Assembly (NCBI GenBank): GCA_963695545.1
Contig: OY968796.1
Span: 2,656,001-2,720,000, forward strand
Length of the DNA stretch: 64,000 nt
Source: Terriglobia bacterium
Lineage (GTDB): Bacteria > Acidobacteriota > Terriglobia > Acidiferrales > UBA7541
Direction: 5' to 3'
Shown here: one piece after another, positions 9,501 through 18,288 of the stretch
How the letters are laid out: each line of letters begins with the position of its first letter
Numbering within the stretch: position 1 is the stretch's first letter
Translations under genes and position numbers: made by a program
Notes under the pieces: model-generated
Databases searched by the model: none
What the model was told of the DNA's origin: nothing
Seen by the model: only the letters and a program-made list of their open reading frames with translations

Positions 9501-10539
9501 GCCAGCCTTCATATGCGAGGAAGAAGAACATTTTGCTTTTGCGAATCGGGCCGCCCACCATGCCGCCGTATTCGTTGATCGAGTATCCGAGTGGAGAAAC
9601 AGGTGTGCCGGAAAGTTGAGCTGCGGTTTCGGTTCCCGCAGCAACGGCCGCCGCGCCCGCCGGGCATGTCGCCGCGGTGCAGAATCCGTTGAACGGGTTG
9701 CGCGCGTCGAAAATATTGCTGCGCGCAAAATCCCAGGCCGCGCCATGGAGTTCATTGGTGCCAGACTTGGTGACGATGTTCACGACAGCACCGAGAACGT
9801 TGCCGTACTGCGGATCGTCGTTGTGGCCCTGCAACTTCACTTCCTGGACGGTGTCCGTGATCGGGGGCACGGACCAACCGCCGCCGCGATCGTCGGTATC
9901 GATAATTCCATCCATGTAGAACGCATTGGAGCGGTTTCCGGCGCCGTTCACCGCGGGCCGATAGACGATGGTGTTTGGAATTCCGATGTTGCCGCCATCG
10001 GCGCTGCCGATGCCGTTTCCGCCCTGCGCGGTGTTCACGGGGCTGACGCCGGGTTGGAGAATCAGGAGTTCGGTGAAGTTGCGGCCGTTGAGCGGCAACT
10101 CGTGCAGAGATTCCTCGTCAAGAAGCGTGCCGAGCTCGGTGCTCGAACTCTGAATCATCTGGCCGATAGCCGAAGCGCTGACGGTCACGGTTTCGGTTGG
10201 AGCCCCGACCTCCAAAGTCAGTTTCTCGGTGAGGGTCTGGTTCACGTCCAATGGGAAGATAGGCAGAGCGAGCGTCTTGAATCCTGTCCTCTCCACCGTC
10301 AGGACGTAGCTGCCGGGCAAAAGATTGATGATCGTAAACGCGCCATCGCTGTTGGTGATTTTTTCGCTGGTAACGTTCGTCGCTACGTTGGTGATTTTAA
10401 CCGTGGCACCGGGAACAATTGCACCCGAACTGTCCAATACGGTGCCGGTGACGGTGGCTGTCGGCGTCTGGGCGTATAGGCCGGTACAGACGAACAGCAC
10501 CGCGGCAGCGAGCAACATCACTGACTTACATGAACGCAT
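6571..10539 (-). CDS. TonB-dependent receptor, Oar-like, with carboxypeptidase-regulatory-like N-terminal domain
   Basis: Signal peptide; GTVLDSSGAIVPGATV, LPLNGRNFTEL, VTKSGTNELHG, GPRLGLAW, LQFRFEAFNVFNH, terminal PRELQMAVKFAF; GGAGG RBS. Confidence 0.93.
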   Translation of the reverse strand: MRSCKSVMLLAAAVLFVCTGLYAQTPTATVTGTVLDSSGAIVPGATVKITNVATNVTSEKITNSDGAFTIINLLPGSYVLTVERTGFKTLALPIFPLDVNQTLTEKLTLEVGAPTETVTVSASAIGQMIQSSSTELGTLLDEESLHELPLNGRNFTELLILQPGVSPVNTAQGGNGIGSADGGNIGIPNTIVYRPAVNGAGNRSNAFYMDGIIDTDDRGGGWSVPPITDTVQEVKLQGHNDDPQYGNVLGAVVNIVTKSGTNELHGAAWDFARSNIFDARNPFNGFCTAATCPAGAAAVAAGTETAAQLSGTPVSPLGYSINEYGGMVGGPIRKSKMFFFLAYEGWHFSQPTNSFTIDPTTQELSGDFSGTVTPELVGSVNSTKTGVTPNQLYNPFAESSPSSAIPFQCTASGGTTPEPLVNPAATFGTSGYGVQMAGFPCNVIPAALIDTKLASVIKAYTAPEFANCSFTPNYASAVDNCLDSRPKTDLNSNMDARIDEHFGNHDTIMGRAYMMWDTTTSIVAGTTSLAPSPYHTWNIGGAWDHVFTPNLILSVRGGINSRPVVVNQTNSAGDGPESTAGFSGLSSTDGFYLSPASGYPTVIGNVGPEHRANPEHDFNATVTWIHGNHNFKFGGEYLYENRLETNLYEQFSSSASDTCPTNSSGNFACSGAEGNGLASMLLDLPSAFTVNVPQLEEVHVAMEPIGFFAQDNWHIKPTLTVNIGLRYDYVPPVYLLVSDGETINAYNYPAKQFVIGSADTAAYSTGCTTTVAPPCVPGGLSSSNAAFNVTVGGVTYNTLNNISFSGSNQPALKAISDNVGPRLGLAWQFTHNTVLRVGYGIYYDTISYRSQYAENTLQGSVWPWTRGVSDTLNTAEQNAAPSPTVNPICYSTASCGPYGGYSTSNLQGLSGSLPIVIAPTPWGSTFGGYTNAPNYSDPRSQQWNLQIERQLTASSMFSVAYVGSKTARLDWCCKINYPQGGPFCENNANQGFTCPTTPLTQAQINQTEYMPFAQALNYAESTGSSNYNALQAQYQKRFSHGLETLIAYTWSRCLGNANGQFNAENGGEGAPYEYFFNQSLSYGPCAYDIPQLFNWSAVYDLPFGRGEKWVNHGLLSWIVGNWETNFSFLARSGQAFNPTWGGASNLCAPDATTPVTTSCVPASIAGDAPTSTDPANLTNSAESITGYSRPDLLPNCAVPKGTLTEWFNPACYISPASPTVGPGYGFGTLQIGSLRSQNFNDVDFSLLKNFRLSDTKTLQFRFEAFNVFNHVVWAIPGSTGGTSAPSIAPSFSSGTISYGTAAAIQAIASTPRELQMAVKFAF

Positions 10540-10811
10540 CGAAGCCTCCTTGCTTCACTTCATCGGATCGCAACTTGGATCCACCCCGATACCGCTCGAT
10601 CAAATTTCGCGCTAAAGAACAACAGTTGAAAAGTGTGTTTCAGCGCTTGAAACAACACGTTCAGCGGTTCTTCCCGCCGGTTTTGCGATGCGGAAGAACC
10701 GGCCCCGGACAGCGAACGCGGTAATCAGGCGCTTGCTCGCACCCGCAGCCATTGCTAGAATCCGTCTCCTGGCCCGGCATGCGAGATACACACCCAACTT
10801 TTCTGGGGCGA

Positions 10812-10900
10812 AATCTAGTTCCGGTGACGCATGGTCCACAAGTTAATTGGGGATACCGTGGGGCTACTCGGAAGATACATGAAAGATACGCGGAAGATAC
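10812..10900 (-). promoter_or_regulatory. Operator/promoter upstream of the TonB receptor: five GTATC-like units at 11-bp period, CCCAATTAACTTGT, TAGATT -10-like box
   Basis: GATAC/GCTAC on plus strand at 10852, 10863, 10874, 10885, 10896; inverted copy at 12634-12722. Confidence 0.75.
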
Positions 10901-10974
10901 TTGCGGTGGTATATTGAGGGCCGATTTTGCCGATCGGAGCCGGTCTTGAGGCCGGGGCGAGAGCGTAGCGGGCT

Positions 10975-12447
10975 ATGAATATCACGCAAGCTCCTGGAAC
11001 CACAGAACTTGGCGGGCCTCCTCCCGAGGAGATTCAGAAGGAGTTAACCCGGCTTATCCATTCGAAAGCGTTTCGCCACTCGGCCGCCCTGCAGCGATTG
11101 TTACAGTACTTGATCGGCAGAGCCATCGAGGATCCCTTCGGGGACGTCAAGGAATACACCATCGGGACCGAGGTATTCGATCGAGGTCCCGGCTACGATC
11201 CCCAGACCGATACGATCGTCCGGGTTCAAATCCATCGATTGCGACTGAAAGTAAAGGAGTACTACGAATCGGAGGGGATCAACGACCCGATTTTCGTGGA
11301 CATTCCGAAGGGTCACTATATTCCCACGTTCGAGAGCCGGTCGGTTGCGGTTCCTAAGGCAAGCCAAACGAATGTCTCTGCCGAAACCATCACAACGCCT
11401 ATCGGGGGCCTTGACGCGGGTCCGAAGGAAGCGACACGCCCTGCATTTTTCACGCGAGGTGTTTTTCTGATCCCCGTGATCATGTTGATCTTTGCATCGG
11501 GAATTATTCTGGGCACGCGATGGGAACAGTCGCGGGTCTTGGCGACGAGCGATGCAATATCGAACCGCGCGGCATCAGCCGGCCTTGGCACGAGCGATGC
11601 GGCGGCGAGTTTCTGGAAAAGTTTTCTTGGCAGCGATTCTGCGCCGGTACTGGGATATGCGGACGCGGTCTATCTGGTTGACGGGGCGCAGGACCTGTTC
11701 CGATTCAGGCGCGGTGCGAGCGACAACCAAGGCACGCTGGTCGAACCTCATTTGGCTGAAGAATTCGCGTCCAGCCCATCGCTGGTCAAGCAGGCCGGTC
11801 CGCTGTATTACGAGGACGGCAACACGGGGACGGGAGATCTCGAAAGCGTCTTCGTCCTGACGCGGCTTTTCACGCAAATGGGCGTGCAAATGACGGTGAA
11901 GCGCTGCCGGCTGATGACCATAGACGACTTGAAGCAGCACGACGTCATTTTGCTGGGCTCGCCGGAGGAGAACGACGCGGTCGCGCAGCTGCCGCAGGTC
12001 GCGGATTTCGTGTGGACTCGACTAAATGTGCCCGGTCCGTGGAAGGGAGAATTCGTAAACAGCCATCCGCAACCGGGGGAGCGGCTTACGTACCAAACGG
12101 AACGCGATCCGAACACGCAGGAAGTGACGGCAGATTATGGCCTGATCACGCTTGAGCCGGGCGCGCTGCCGGGGCGATATATCGCAATTCTGGGCGGACT
12201 CGATACATCGGGCGTGGCGGGGTCGGCGCAATTCTTGACGTCGCCGTCACACATGTCCGAGCTGGAAGCGCGGCTGAAATCTCTTAGCGGGTGGGCGGGT
12301 GATGGTCCACCGCCGTCGTTTCAAGCGTTGCTGCGAGTGGCAGTGGAGAAAGGGCACGACGTTCTGGGAGTTCAACTAATAACCGTGCATCTGACGACCC
12401 CGGACAAAAACAGCGTGGGAACCACGCCGAACTCGGGCACTAAGTAG
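10975..12447 (+). CDS. Putative membrane-anchored one-component transcription regulator (N-terminal wHTH-like domain, one TM helix, extracytoplasmic domain)
   Basis: SKAFRHSAALQRLLQYL..KEYTIGTEVFDR..DTIVRVQIHRLRLKVKEYY..IPKGHYIPTF N-terminal domain; TM segment VFLIPVIMLIFASGIILG. Regulator function is inferred. Confidence 0.7.
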   Translation: MNITQAPGTTELGGPPPEEIQKELTRLIHSKAFRHSAALQRLLQYLIGRAIEDPFGDVKEYTIGTEVFDRGPGYDPQTDTIVRVQIHRLRLKVKEYYESEGINDPIFVDIPKGHYIPTFESRSVAVPKASQTNVSAETITTPIGGLDAGPKEATRPAFFTRGVFLIPVIMLIFASGIILGTRWEQSRVLATSDAISNRAASAGLGTSDAAASFWKSFLGSDSAPVLGYADAVYLVDGAQDLFRFRRGASDNQGTLVEPHLAEEFASSPSLVKQAGPLYYEDGNTGTGDLESVFVLTRLFTQMGVQMTVKRCRLMTIDDLKQHDVILLGSPEENDAVAQLPQVADFVWTRLNVPGPWKGEFVNSHPQPGERLTYQTERDPNTQEVTADYGLITLEPGALPGRYIAILGGLDTSGVAGSAQFLTSPSHMSELEARLKSLSGWAGDGPPPSFQALLRVAVEKGHDVLGVQLITVHLTTPDKNSVGTTPNSGTK

Positions 12448-12633
12448 CGGCAGTAAAACCGGTCTAGCCGGGCGAAAGAGCTAAGTTGTGGACTCCGGAA
12501 TTTGCCTCGCTGAGCTCTGTTATCTCTCTCGTTTATAGCGAATTAGACGCGATTGACGTAGGTCTGTGGCGACGCGTTGGCTCGCGGCGAAAACTGCGCT
12601 GCGTATGCGGAATAGCGCACTTCGGCGCGCGAA

Positions 12634-12722
12634 GTATCTCTCGCGTATCTATCGCGTATCTCCCGGGTATCCTAGCGGTATCCCCAATTAACTTGTAGGC
12701 CGTGGTCCACAAGAACTAAATT
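12634..12722 (+). promoter_or_regulatory. Operator/promoter upstream of the DUF5696 gene: five GTATC units at 11-bp period, CCCAATTAACTTGT, TAAATT -10-like box
   Basis: GTATC at 12634, 12645, 12656, 12667, 12678; 21 identical bp (CGGTATCCCCAATTAACTTGT) shared with the reverse complement of the 10.8-kb copy. Confidence 0.75.
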
Positions 12723-12902
12723 CCGCGCGCAAACCTGAGCGTGTCTCGCACCTTGAGCGATGGTGAACTTGGACGCGGGATCTTGTGCAGGCGGGCATTT
12801 GCTCGAAGCGTTCAACATTCTGGAGCGAATTCGGTAGAAAATTGCCCACGCGGGGGAAGCACCGGCCTGGCGCTCCTTATCCCCATTCGGCACGGGAGAT
12901 TC

Positions 12903-15095
12903 ATGATGCGGCACCGCGTTGTGTGGCTTTGCGCTCTGGCTTCTGTGTTGGCGGTCTTGCCTGCGGCGGCTCAGAACTCGCTGCAGCCTCCAGCGCAATC
13001 GCCTCCACAGACGCGCGCGCAATGGGGCGCACCGGACGTGAGCGTGACGCATGCCGCAGGGCAGTGGACGATCGCAGGGAAGAAAAATCAGGTCGTTTTG
13101 AACGAATCGGATCTGGCGGTCAGCGTTACGGCCGAGGGCGGTGTCACGTGGAAAATGAAGCCCTCGCAAGACGACGACATCCTGGTCGCTTCGCATGGCG
13201 AATTGTTTCACGTCGCGCTCAAGAGCGCGCACCACATCGAGATCGTTCCGTACGACACAGGCTACAAGACCGGCGTCAAGATCACGCTCTCCGATTTCCA
13301 CGAGAACGGAATGCTTTACAAGGGCCAGCCGCTTGATCTGGTGCTCTACCTCACGATCTGCCTCGAAAATCCGAATGAAGACCTGGTGATGACGGCTGTC
13401 GCGAGCGAGCACGAAGCCGACGTGCGCCTGCTCGATTGGCCGACGGCGATGGACGCCAGCGACGTTGACTTCACCGTGCTCTCGAATGGCGAAGGCACAC
13501 TGGTGCCGCGCACCTGGCCCACGAAATTTCTGCCCGACAATATTTTCACGGGCGACGGCGCCGCCGAGGACGCGAGCGTAATCGAAAGTCATCTGATCGA
13601 GTCGTGGTCGATGTCCTGGTGGGGCTTTGAGAAGGGCCCGGCGGCGATGATGGTGATCGTCGAAACGCCGGACGACGCGGCGTATCAATTCGAGCATCCC
13701 GCGGGCGGCCCAACCGTGATCGGTCCGCAGTGGCGCGATCAGCTGGGGCGCCTCGCGTATCCGCGCAGCGTGCGCATGTGTTTTTTTCCGACGGGCAATT
13801 ACGTCACGCTGGCGAAGCGCTACCGGCAATACGTGATCGACAGCGGACTATTCGTTTCGCTGAAGGAAAAAATCGCGCGGCAGCCGCTGGTCGCGAATCT
13901 GATCGGCGCGGGCCACGTGGGCGAGCAGGCGCTGCGCAATATCCGGCCCGGTGCGTGGCAATACGATCCCGATCATATCGACGTCGATTATCGCGTGAAC
14001 ACATTCGACGATCTGGCGAAGGGTTTGCAATACTGGAAAGATCAGGGCTTCAACAAAATGATCGTCACGTTGTCCGGATGGCCGTACTACGGCTACGACC
14101 GCCAGCATCCCAACGTTCTTCCGCCCGCCCCGCAGGCCGGCGGCTGGGATGGTTTGAAGCGCTTTTTCGACGCCGCGCTGGCGCTTGGCTACACGCCGAT
14201 GCTTCACGATCAGTATCGCGATTACTACACGGACGCGCCCTCGTGGGATCCGCAATTCGCCGTGCATGAAGAGGACACCATCACGCCGTCCACAACATTC
14301 CCCGGTTCGCGCTTTGAGCACTGGAAAGACGGCTACATTCCGATGATGGATCACTGGAACGGCGGCGCGCAGAGTTACATTACGCCGTCGCTGGTCCTCG
14401 GGAACGTGGTCAGCAATTACGAGCAGATGTTCGCGCACGGCATTCATCCGGAAGGCTCCGGCCTCGACGTCTTCGGCTACGTTCCGCCGGATCGCGATTT
14501 CAATCCCGAGCATCCCGCCACGCGCACCGACGGAATGAACGCGCGCGCGGCGGCATTCATCTGGGCGCGTGTACATCTGGGAATCGTCGGCACCGAAGCC
14601 GGTTCCGATTGGGTGATTCCTTATGTGGACATGTGCACGCCGCACGCGTTCGGCAAGGCAATTCCCGTGCCGCTTTACAACCTCGTCTATCACGATGCCA
14701 TCGTGACCACGACAACCGGCAACTCGATGTACAGCGTTCTGCTCGACGAGGGCATCAATATGACGCGGCCTAATCCGAACGCAGGCGCCGGCGGTCCCGG
14801 CGCCGCGCCCGGTGCGCCCGGCGCTGCGGTCCGCGCGCGCGGAGGCGCGACCGAAGCCGACGCCGCGCGCCGCGCCGCTTCGCACCCGACGTTCACCGAT
14901 CCCGCGCAAGTCCTGAAGCTCGAAAAAGACGCGTTGGCACTACAGGAACGCGTCGGCCTGCTGGAAATGACCAATCATGAATTTCTCGACAAGAATTATC
15001 GCGTCGAGCGCACCACGTTTTCCGACGGAACCACAGTCACGGTGGATTGGGACAAGATGACGTACGACATCAATCCGCCGCTTCCGGCTCAATAA
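12903..15095 (+). CDS. Secreted DUF5696 / GH129-like glycoside hydrolase
   Basis: GGGAGA RBS then MMRHR signal peptide (start 12903 or 12906); GNYVTLAKRYRQY, GWPYYGYDRQHP, AGGWDGLK, HDQYRDYY, VPLYNLVYHD and TTFSDGTTVTVD motifs. Confidence 0.7.
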   Translation: MMRHRVVWLCALASVLAVLPAAAQNSLQPPAQSPPQTRAQWGAPDVSVTHAAGQWTIAGKKNQVVLNESDLAVSVTAEGGVTWKMKPSQDDDILVASHGELFHVALKSAHHIEIVPYDTGYKTGVKITLSDFHENGMLYKGQPLDLVLYLTICLENPNEDLVMTAVASEHEADVRLLDWPTAMDASDVDFTVLSNGEGTLVPRTWPTKFLPDNIFTGDGAAEDASVIESHLIESWSMSWWGFEKGPAAMMVIVETPDDAAYQFEHPAGGPTVIGPQWRDQLGRLAYPRSVRMCFFPTGNYVTLAKRYRQYVIDSGLFVSLKEKIARQPLVANLIGAGHVGEQALRNIRPGAWQYDPDHIDVDYRVNTFDDLAKGLQYWKDQGFNKMIVTLSGWPYYGYDRQHPNVLPPAPQAGGWDGLKRFFDAALALGYTPMLHDQYRDYYTDAPSWDPQFAVHEEDTITPSTTFPGSRFEHWKDGYIPMMDHWNGGAQSYITPSLVLGNVVSNYEQMFAHGIHPEGSGLDVFGYVPPDRDFNPEHPATRTDGMNARAAAFIWARVHLGIVGTEAGSDWVIPYVDMCTPHAFGKAIPVPLYNLVYHDAIVTTTTGNSMYSVLLDEGINMTRPNPNAGAGGPGAAPGAPGAAVRARGGATEADAARRAASHPTFTDPAQVLKLEKDALALQERVGLLEMTNHEFLDKNYRVERTTFSDGTTVTVDWDKMTYDINPPLPAQ

Positions 15096-15153
15096 GTCGA
15101 GCCGTGGCCGCCGCTGGCGCTTGAGGCGGGACTGCATGAAGAAAAGGATGGCC

Positions 15154-16863
15154 ATGGACAACGCAAGCGATCACTCCCCGTCGAGACGCAAATGGCTGGG
15201 TATCGCAGCAGGGGCTTCGATAGGGTCGGGTATTCTGGCCGCCGCCGGCGCGGCCGCTGACCCGGCCAAGCGCGCTCCTTCCAACGACAGCGATCTCGGC
15301 GCGCGCGTCTACAACATCCGCGATTTCGGCGCCAAGGGCGACGGCTCGACGCTCGACACCGCCGCGGTGCAAGCCGCGATCGACGCCTGCACAAAAGATC
15401 AGGGCGGAACGGTGCTGGTTCCCGCGGGCGTGTTCGTGATCGGCACGGTCGAGCTCAAGAGCAACGTCACGCTGCGACTCGCGGCCTCCGCAAAATTGCT
15501 CGGCACGGCCGACGGCAAACAGTATCACGCCGCCGACGCGATCCCGCTCAGTGGCGATTCCACGCTCGGCGATGGAAACGTCGGGCTGATCTTCGCGGTG
15601 AAGGCCGACAACGTTACGATCGAAGGCCATGGCACGATCGACGGCCAGGGAGCGCAATTTCATTCGCCCACCCGCGGCGTTCTGCCGCCCGCCGGCATCG
15701 GCGGCGACAATCGCCCGTACCATCTGTTGTTCTATCAGTGCAAGAACCTGACGCTGCGCGACATTTTTCTGAACGACAGCGCGTATCATTCGGTGCGCAT
15801 TATCGAAAGCACCTTCGTGAAGGCCGACGGCCTGCGCATCTACAATCGTGTGAACGGCAACAACGACGGCTTTCACTTTATTAGTTGCCAGCACGTACAC
15901 GTCAGCAACTGCACGGTGCAATCCCAGGACGATGCCTGCGCTCTTTTCGGCAGCTGCAAATTCATCACCATTACGAATTCTTCGTTCAGCACGCGCTGGT
16001 CGGTTTTTCGCTTTGGCGGCGGTGAAGCCGAAAATATCGCCATCTCCAATTGCCTGATTTACGAAACCTACGGCTGCCCGATCAAGATGCGCTGCGGTCC
16101 GAATTCGCGCTTTGAAAATATCTCGTTCTCCAACCTGGTGATGACCAACGTCACCGGCCCTATTTCCATCGGCCTCGGCGATCCGCCACGCCGCCCTGGG
16201 GCGGCCTCCGCTTCCGAGACAGGCATGGCCCCGGGCATTCCGGGTATCGTGCGCAACATTTCTTTCAGCGGAATTCTGGCCACCGTGGTGGTCCCCACCC
16301 AAGTTCCCGGCGTGCCTTTCACGAGCGACTACAATCCGGGCGAAATAAAATCCTGCATCTCGCTGAATGGAGCGGGAGAGAACTTCATCGAGAACATTCG
16401 CTTCGACGATGTCCACGTGACCTTCGCCGGCGGCGGCACCGCGACGGATGCCGCCGTCCGCGATGTGCCCAAGGTCGCCGGCGAATACTACGAAGCAGGT
16501 GTTTTCCCCGCGTATGGGATTTATGCGCGCCGGGTGCGGGGATTGTCTCTTTCCAACGTGCGCTTCGATGTGAGCGCGCCCGAGCTGCGGCCGGCCATCG
16601 TTTTCGACAACGTGGTGGACGCCGCCGTGAACGGTTTGAGCGCGCAAGGCAATTCCCAGTCCGAATCGCTGTTGCGCTTCATCGAAACGCGCGACGTCTT
16701 GCTGACTGCCTCTCGCGTGCTTACGCCATCCGGCGTGTTCCTGCAGGTCGAAGGCGCCGGCAGCAGGGACATCACCGTGGACGGTGGTGATTTGTCGAAA
16801 GCCGATGAAGCGCTGGCTTTCCGCGGCGATGCAACCGAAGACTCGGTGAAGCTCCGGAGCTAA
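15154..16863 (+). CDS. Tat-exported GH28 (pectin-lyase fold) glycoside hydrolase
   Basis: SRRKWL Tat signal; YNIRDFGAKGDGSTLDTAAVQAAIDAC, ELKSNVTL and NNDG..QDDA motifs. Start may be 15136, 15148 or 15154. Confidence 0.8.
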   Translation: MDNASDHSPSRRKWLGIAAGASIGSGILAAAGAAADPAKRAPSNDSDLGARVYNIRDFGAKGDGSTLDTAAVQAAIDACTKDQGGTVLVPAGVFVIGTVELKSNVTLRLAASAKLLGTADGKQYHAADAIPLSGDSTLGDGNVGLIFAVKADNVTIEGHGTIDGQGAQFHSPTRGVLPPAGIGGDNRPYHLLFYQCKNLTLRDIFLNDSAYHSVRIIESTFVKADGLRIYNRVNGNNDGFHFISCQHVHVSNCTVQSQDDACALFGSCKFITITNSSFSTRWSVFRFGGGEAENIAISNCLIYETYGCPIKMRCGPNSRFENISFSNLVMTNVTGPISIGLGDPPRRPGAASASETGMAPGIPGIVRNISFSGILATVVVPTQVPGVPFTSDYNPGEIKSCISLNGAGENFIENIRFDDVHVTFAGGGTATDAAVRDVPKVAGEYYEAGVFPAYGIYARRVRGLSLSNVRFDVSAPELRPAIVFDNVVDAAVNGLSAQGNSQSESLLRFIETRDVLLTASRVLTPSGVFLQVEGAGSRDITVDGGDLSKADEALAFRGDATEDSVKLRS

Positions 16864-16979
16864 ATTGACACGCTACAGGACGGGTTGGCAGCAGGCGCCG
16901 CTCAGCGCGGATATATTTGCGGCAGTGCGCCGAGTCTGCCGCACTCGACGCCGAGCCGACTCCGCGCATTTTGTTGGTG

Positions 16980-17543
16980 CTAGGTCTTCGTCACTTTTCG
17001 CGCGCCGCCGCCGTGAGCATATTTTTTTGCATAACTTTTCAAAGCGTCTTTGATAATGGGATATGCGGTCTTCGCCGAGCCTATTTCTTCCACCTCAACC
17101 GTTTTGTTCTCGAGCTGCTTGTAGTCCTGGAAGAAGCGCCGCAGCGTCAGTAAATAGTGGGACGGTATCTGGCTCGCTTCTTTATACCCGTTGAACTCCG
17201 GGTCCTGCGTTGCGACGGAAATAATTTTGTGGTCCATCGCGCCGGAGTCCACCATGGTCATCAAACCGACGGTGCGCGCGTGGATGACGGCCAGCGGAAC
17301 CACTCCTTCCTGGCAAAGCACGAGCACATCCAAAGGATCGCCGTCTTCTGCCAGAGTTTGCGGAATGAAACCGTAATTGGCGGGGTAGTAGACCGCGGAA
17401 TACAGAATTCGATCGACACGGATGAGTCCGCTCGATTTGTCGAGTTCGTATTTCACATTCGATCCCCGCGGGATTTCGATTACCGCGTCGAACTCTTCCG
17501 GGACGTTGTCGCCGGGCTTCAGGTCATGCCAAGGATGTACCAT
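16980..17543 (-). CDS. ppa: Inorganic pyrophosphatase, family I
   Basis: HPWHD, IEIPRGSNVKYELDK, YPANYGFIPQT, DGDPLD and FFQDYKQLENK motifs; GGAGA RBS. Confidence 0.93.
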   Translation of the reverse strand: MVHPWHDLKPGDNVPEEFDAVIEIPRGSNVKYELDKSSGLIRVDRILYSAVYYPANYGFIPQTLAEDGDPLDVLVLCQEGVVPLAVIHARTVGLMTMVDSGAMDHKIISVATQDPEFNGYKEASQIPSHYLLTLRRFFQDYKQLENKTVEVEEIGSAKTAYPIIKDALKSYAKKYAHGGGARKVTKT

Positions 17544-17811
17544 GCATTTATCTCCCGACTGAATTTTCGCACAACTCCGAACGCAACCACCAACCCAATC
17601 CAAGCCCCGCCCTGAGTCTTTCTTGTCCTGCCGCGCATCTCCTTCATCATGCGCTGACCGAGAAAGGCGACAGGAAAGTCATGCGCAGATTCGTGCGCGG
17701 GGCAGTTCCCGCCGTCTCCCGGGCTCGCCGATGAAAACGGTTTTGGAACGAATCGCGTCTTGGGTATGATTCGTGCGTCGTATTTTGCGCGCCGCGCGAG
17801 GGGGTCTCGAG

Positions 17812-18285
17812 TTGCGACGATCGGGCTGGTTACTCCGGCTTGAATTGCCCAGCGATCCCGAAATCTTATCCGTCGTGCGCAGCGCTGTGACGCGCCTGAC
17901 TGAAGAGATGGGCTTTCCCGCTGCGGATTCCAGAGCCGTAACGCGCGCCGTCGACGAGGCTTTGGCTAACGTCATCCGCCACGCGTACGGCGGCCGGGTG
18001 GGCCAGTCCATCGAACTGCTGTGCCGCCGTGTTCAAAATCGATTCTGCGGCGCGAAGCGAGCCGGGCTGGAAATCGTGCTGATCGATAATGGCGCCGCCG
18101 CGGACCGCAAGAAACTTTGTGGACGTTCTTTCGAAGACGTTCGGCCTGGCGGTTTGGGAATGCATTTCATTCAGGATGGAGTGGACGTAATGCAGTACAA
18201 AACCCACGGCCGCAGAAATTGGCTTCGTCTCGTGAAGTATCTGCCCGACGCGGAATCGGAACCCAAGATCGCGAAAGGAGAGTAA
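17812..18285 (+). CDS. RsbW-like anti-sigma factor / Ser-Thr kinase (HATPase_c_2)
   Basis: AVDEALANVIRHAY, DNG and RPGGLGMHFI motifs. ORF opens at 17773; TTG 17812 follows GAGGGG. Confidence 0.8.
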   Translation: MRRSGWLLRLELPSDPEILSVVRSAVTRLTEEMGFPAADSRAVTRAVDEALANVIRHAYGGRVGQSIELLCRRVQNRFCGAKRAGLEIVLIDNGAAADRKKLCGRSFEDVRPGGLGMHFIQDGVDVMQYKTHGRRNWLRLVKYLPDAESEPKIAKGE

Positions 18286-18288
18286 CTG

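Noticed and set aside
10812..12722. Inverted repeats around one gene read as an insertion sequence
   Set aside because: The enclosed protein has no transposase or recombinase motifs, I saw no target duplication, and the repeats are internally periodic and oriented like promoters of the flanking genes.
17739..17770. SigB/SigF-like promoter (GGTTT..GGGTAT) before the RsbW-like gene
   Set aside because: Spacing is at or beyond the long end, an overlapping sigma70-like TATGAT explains it equally well, and no such sigma factor is visible.
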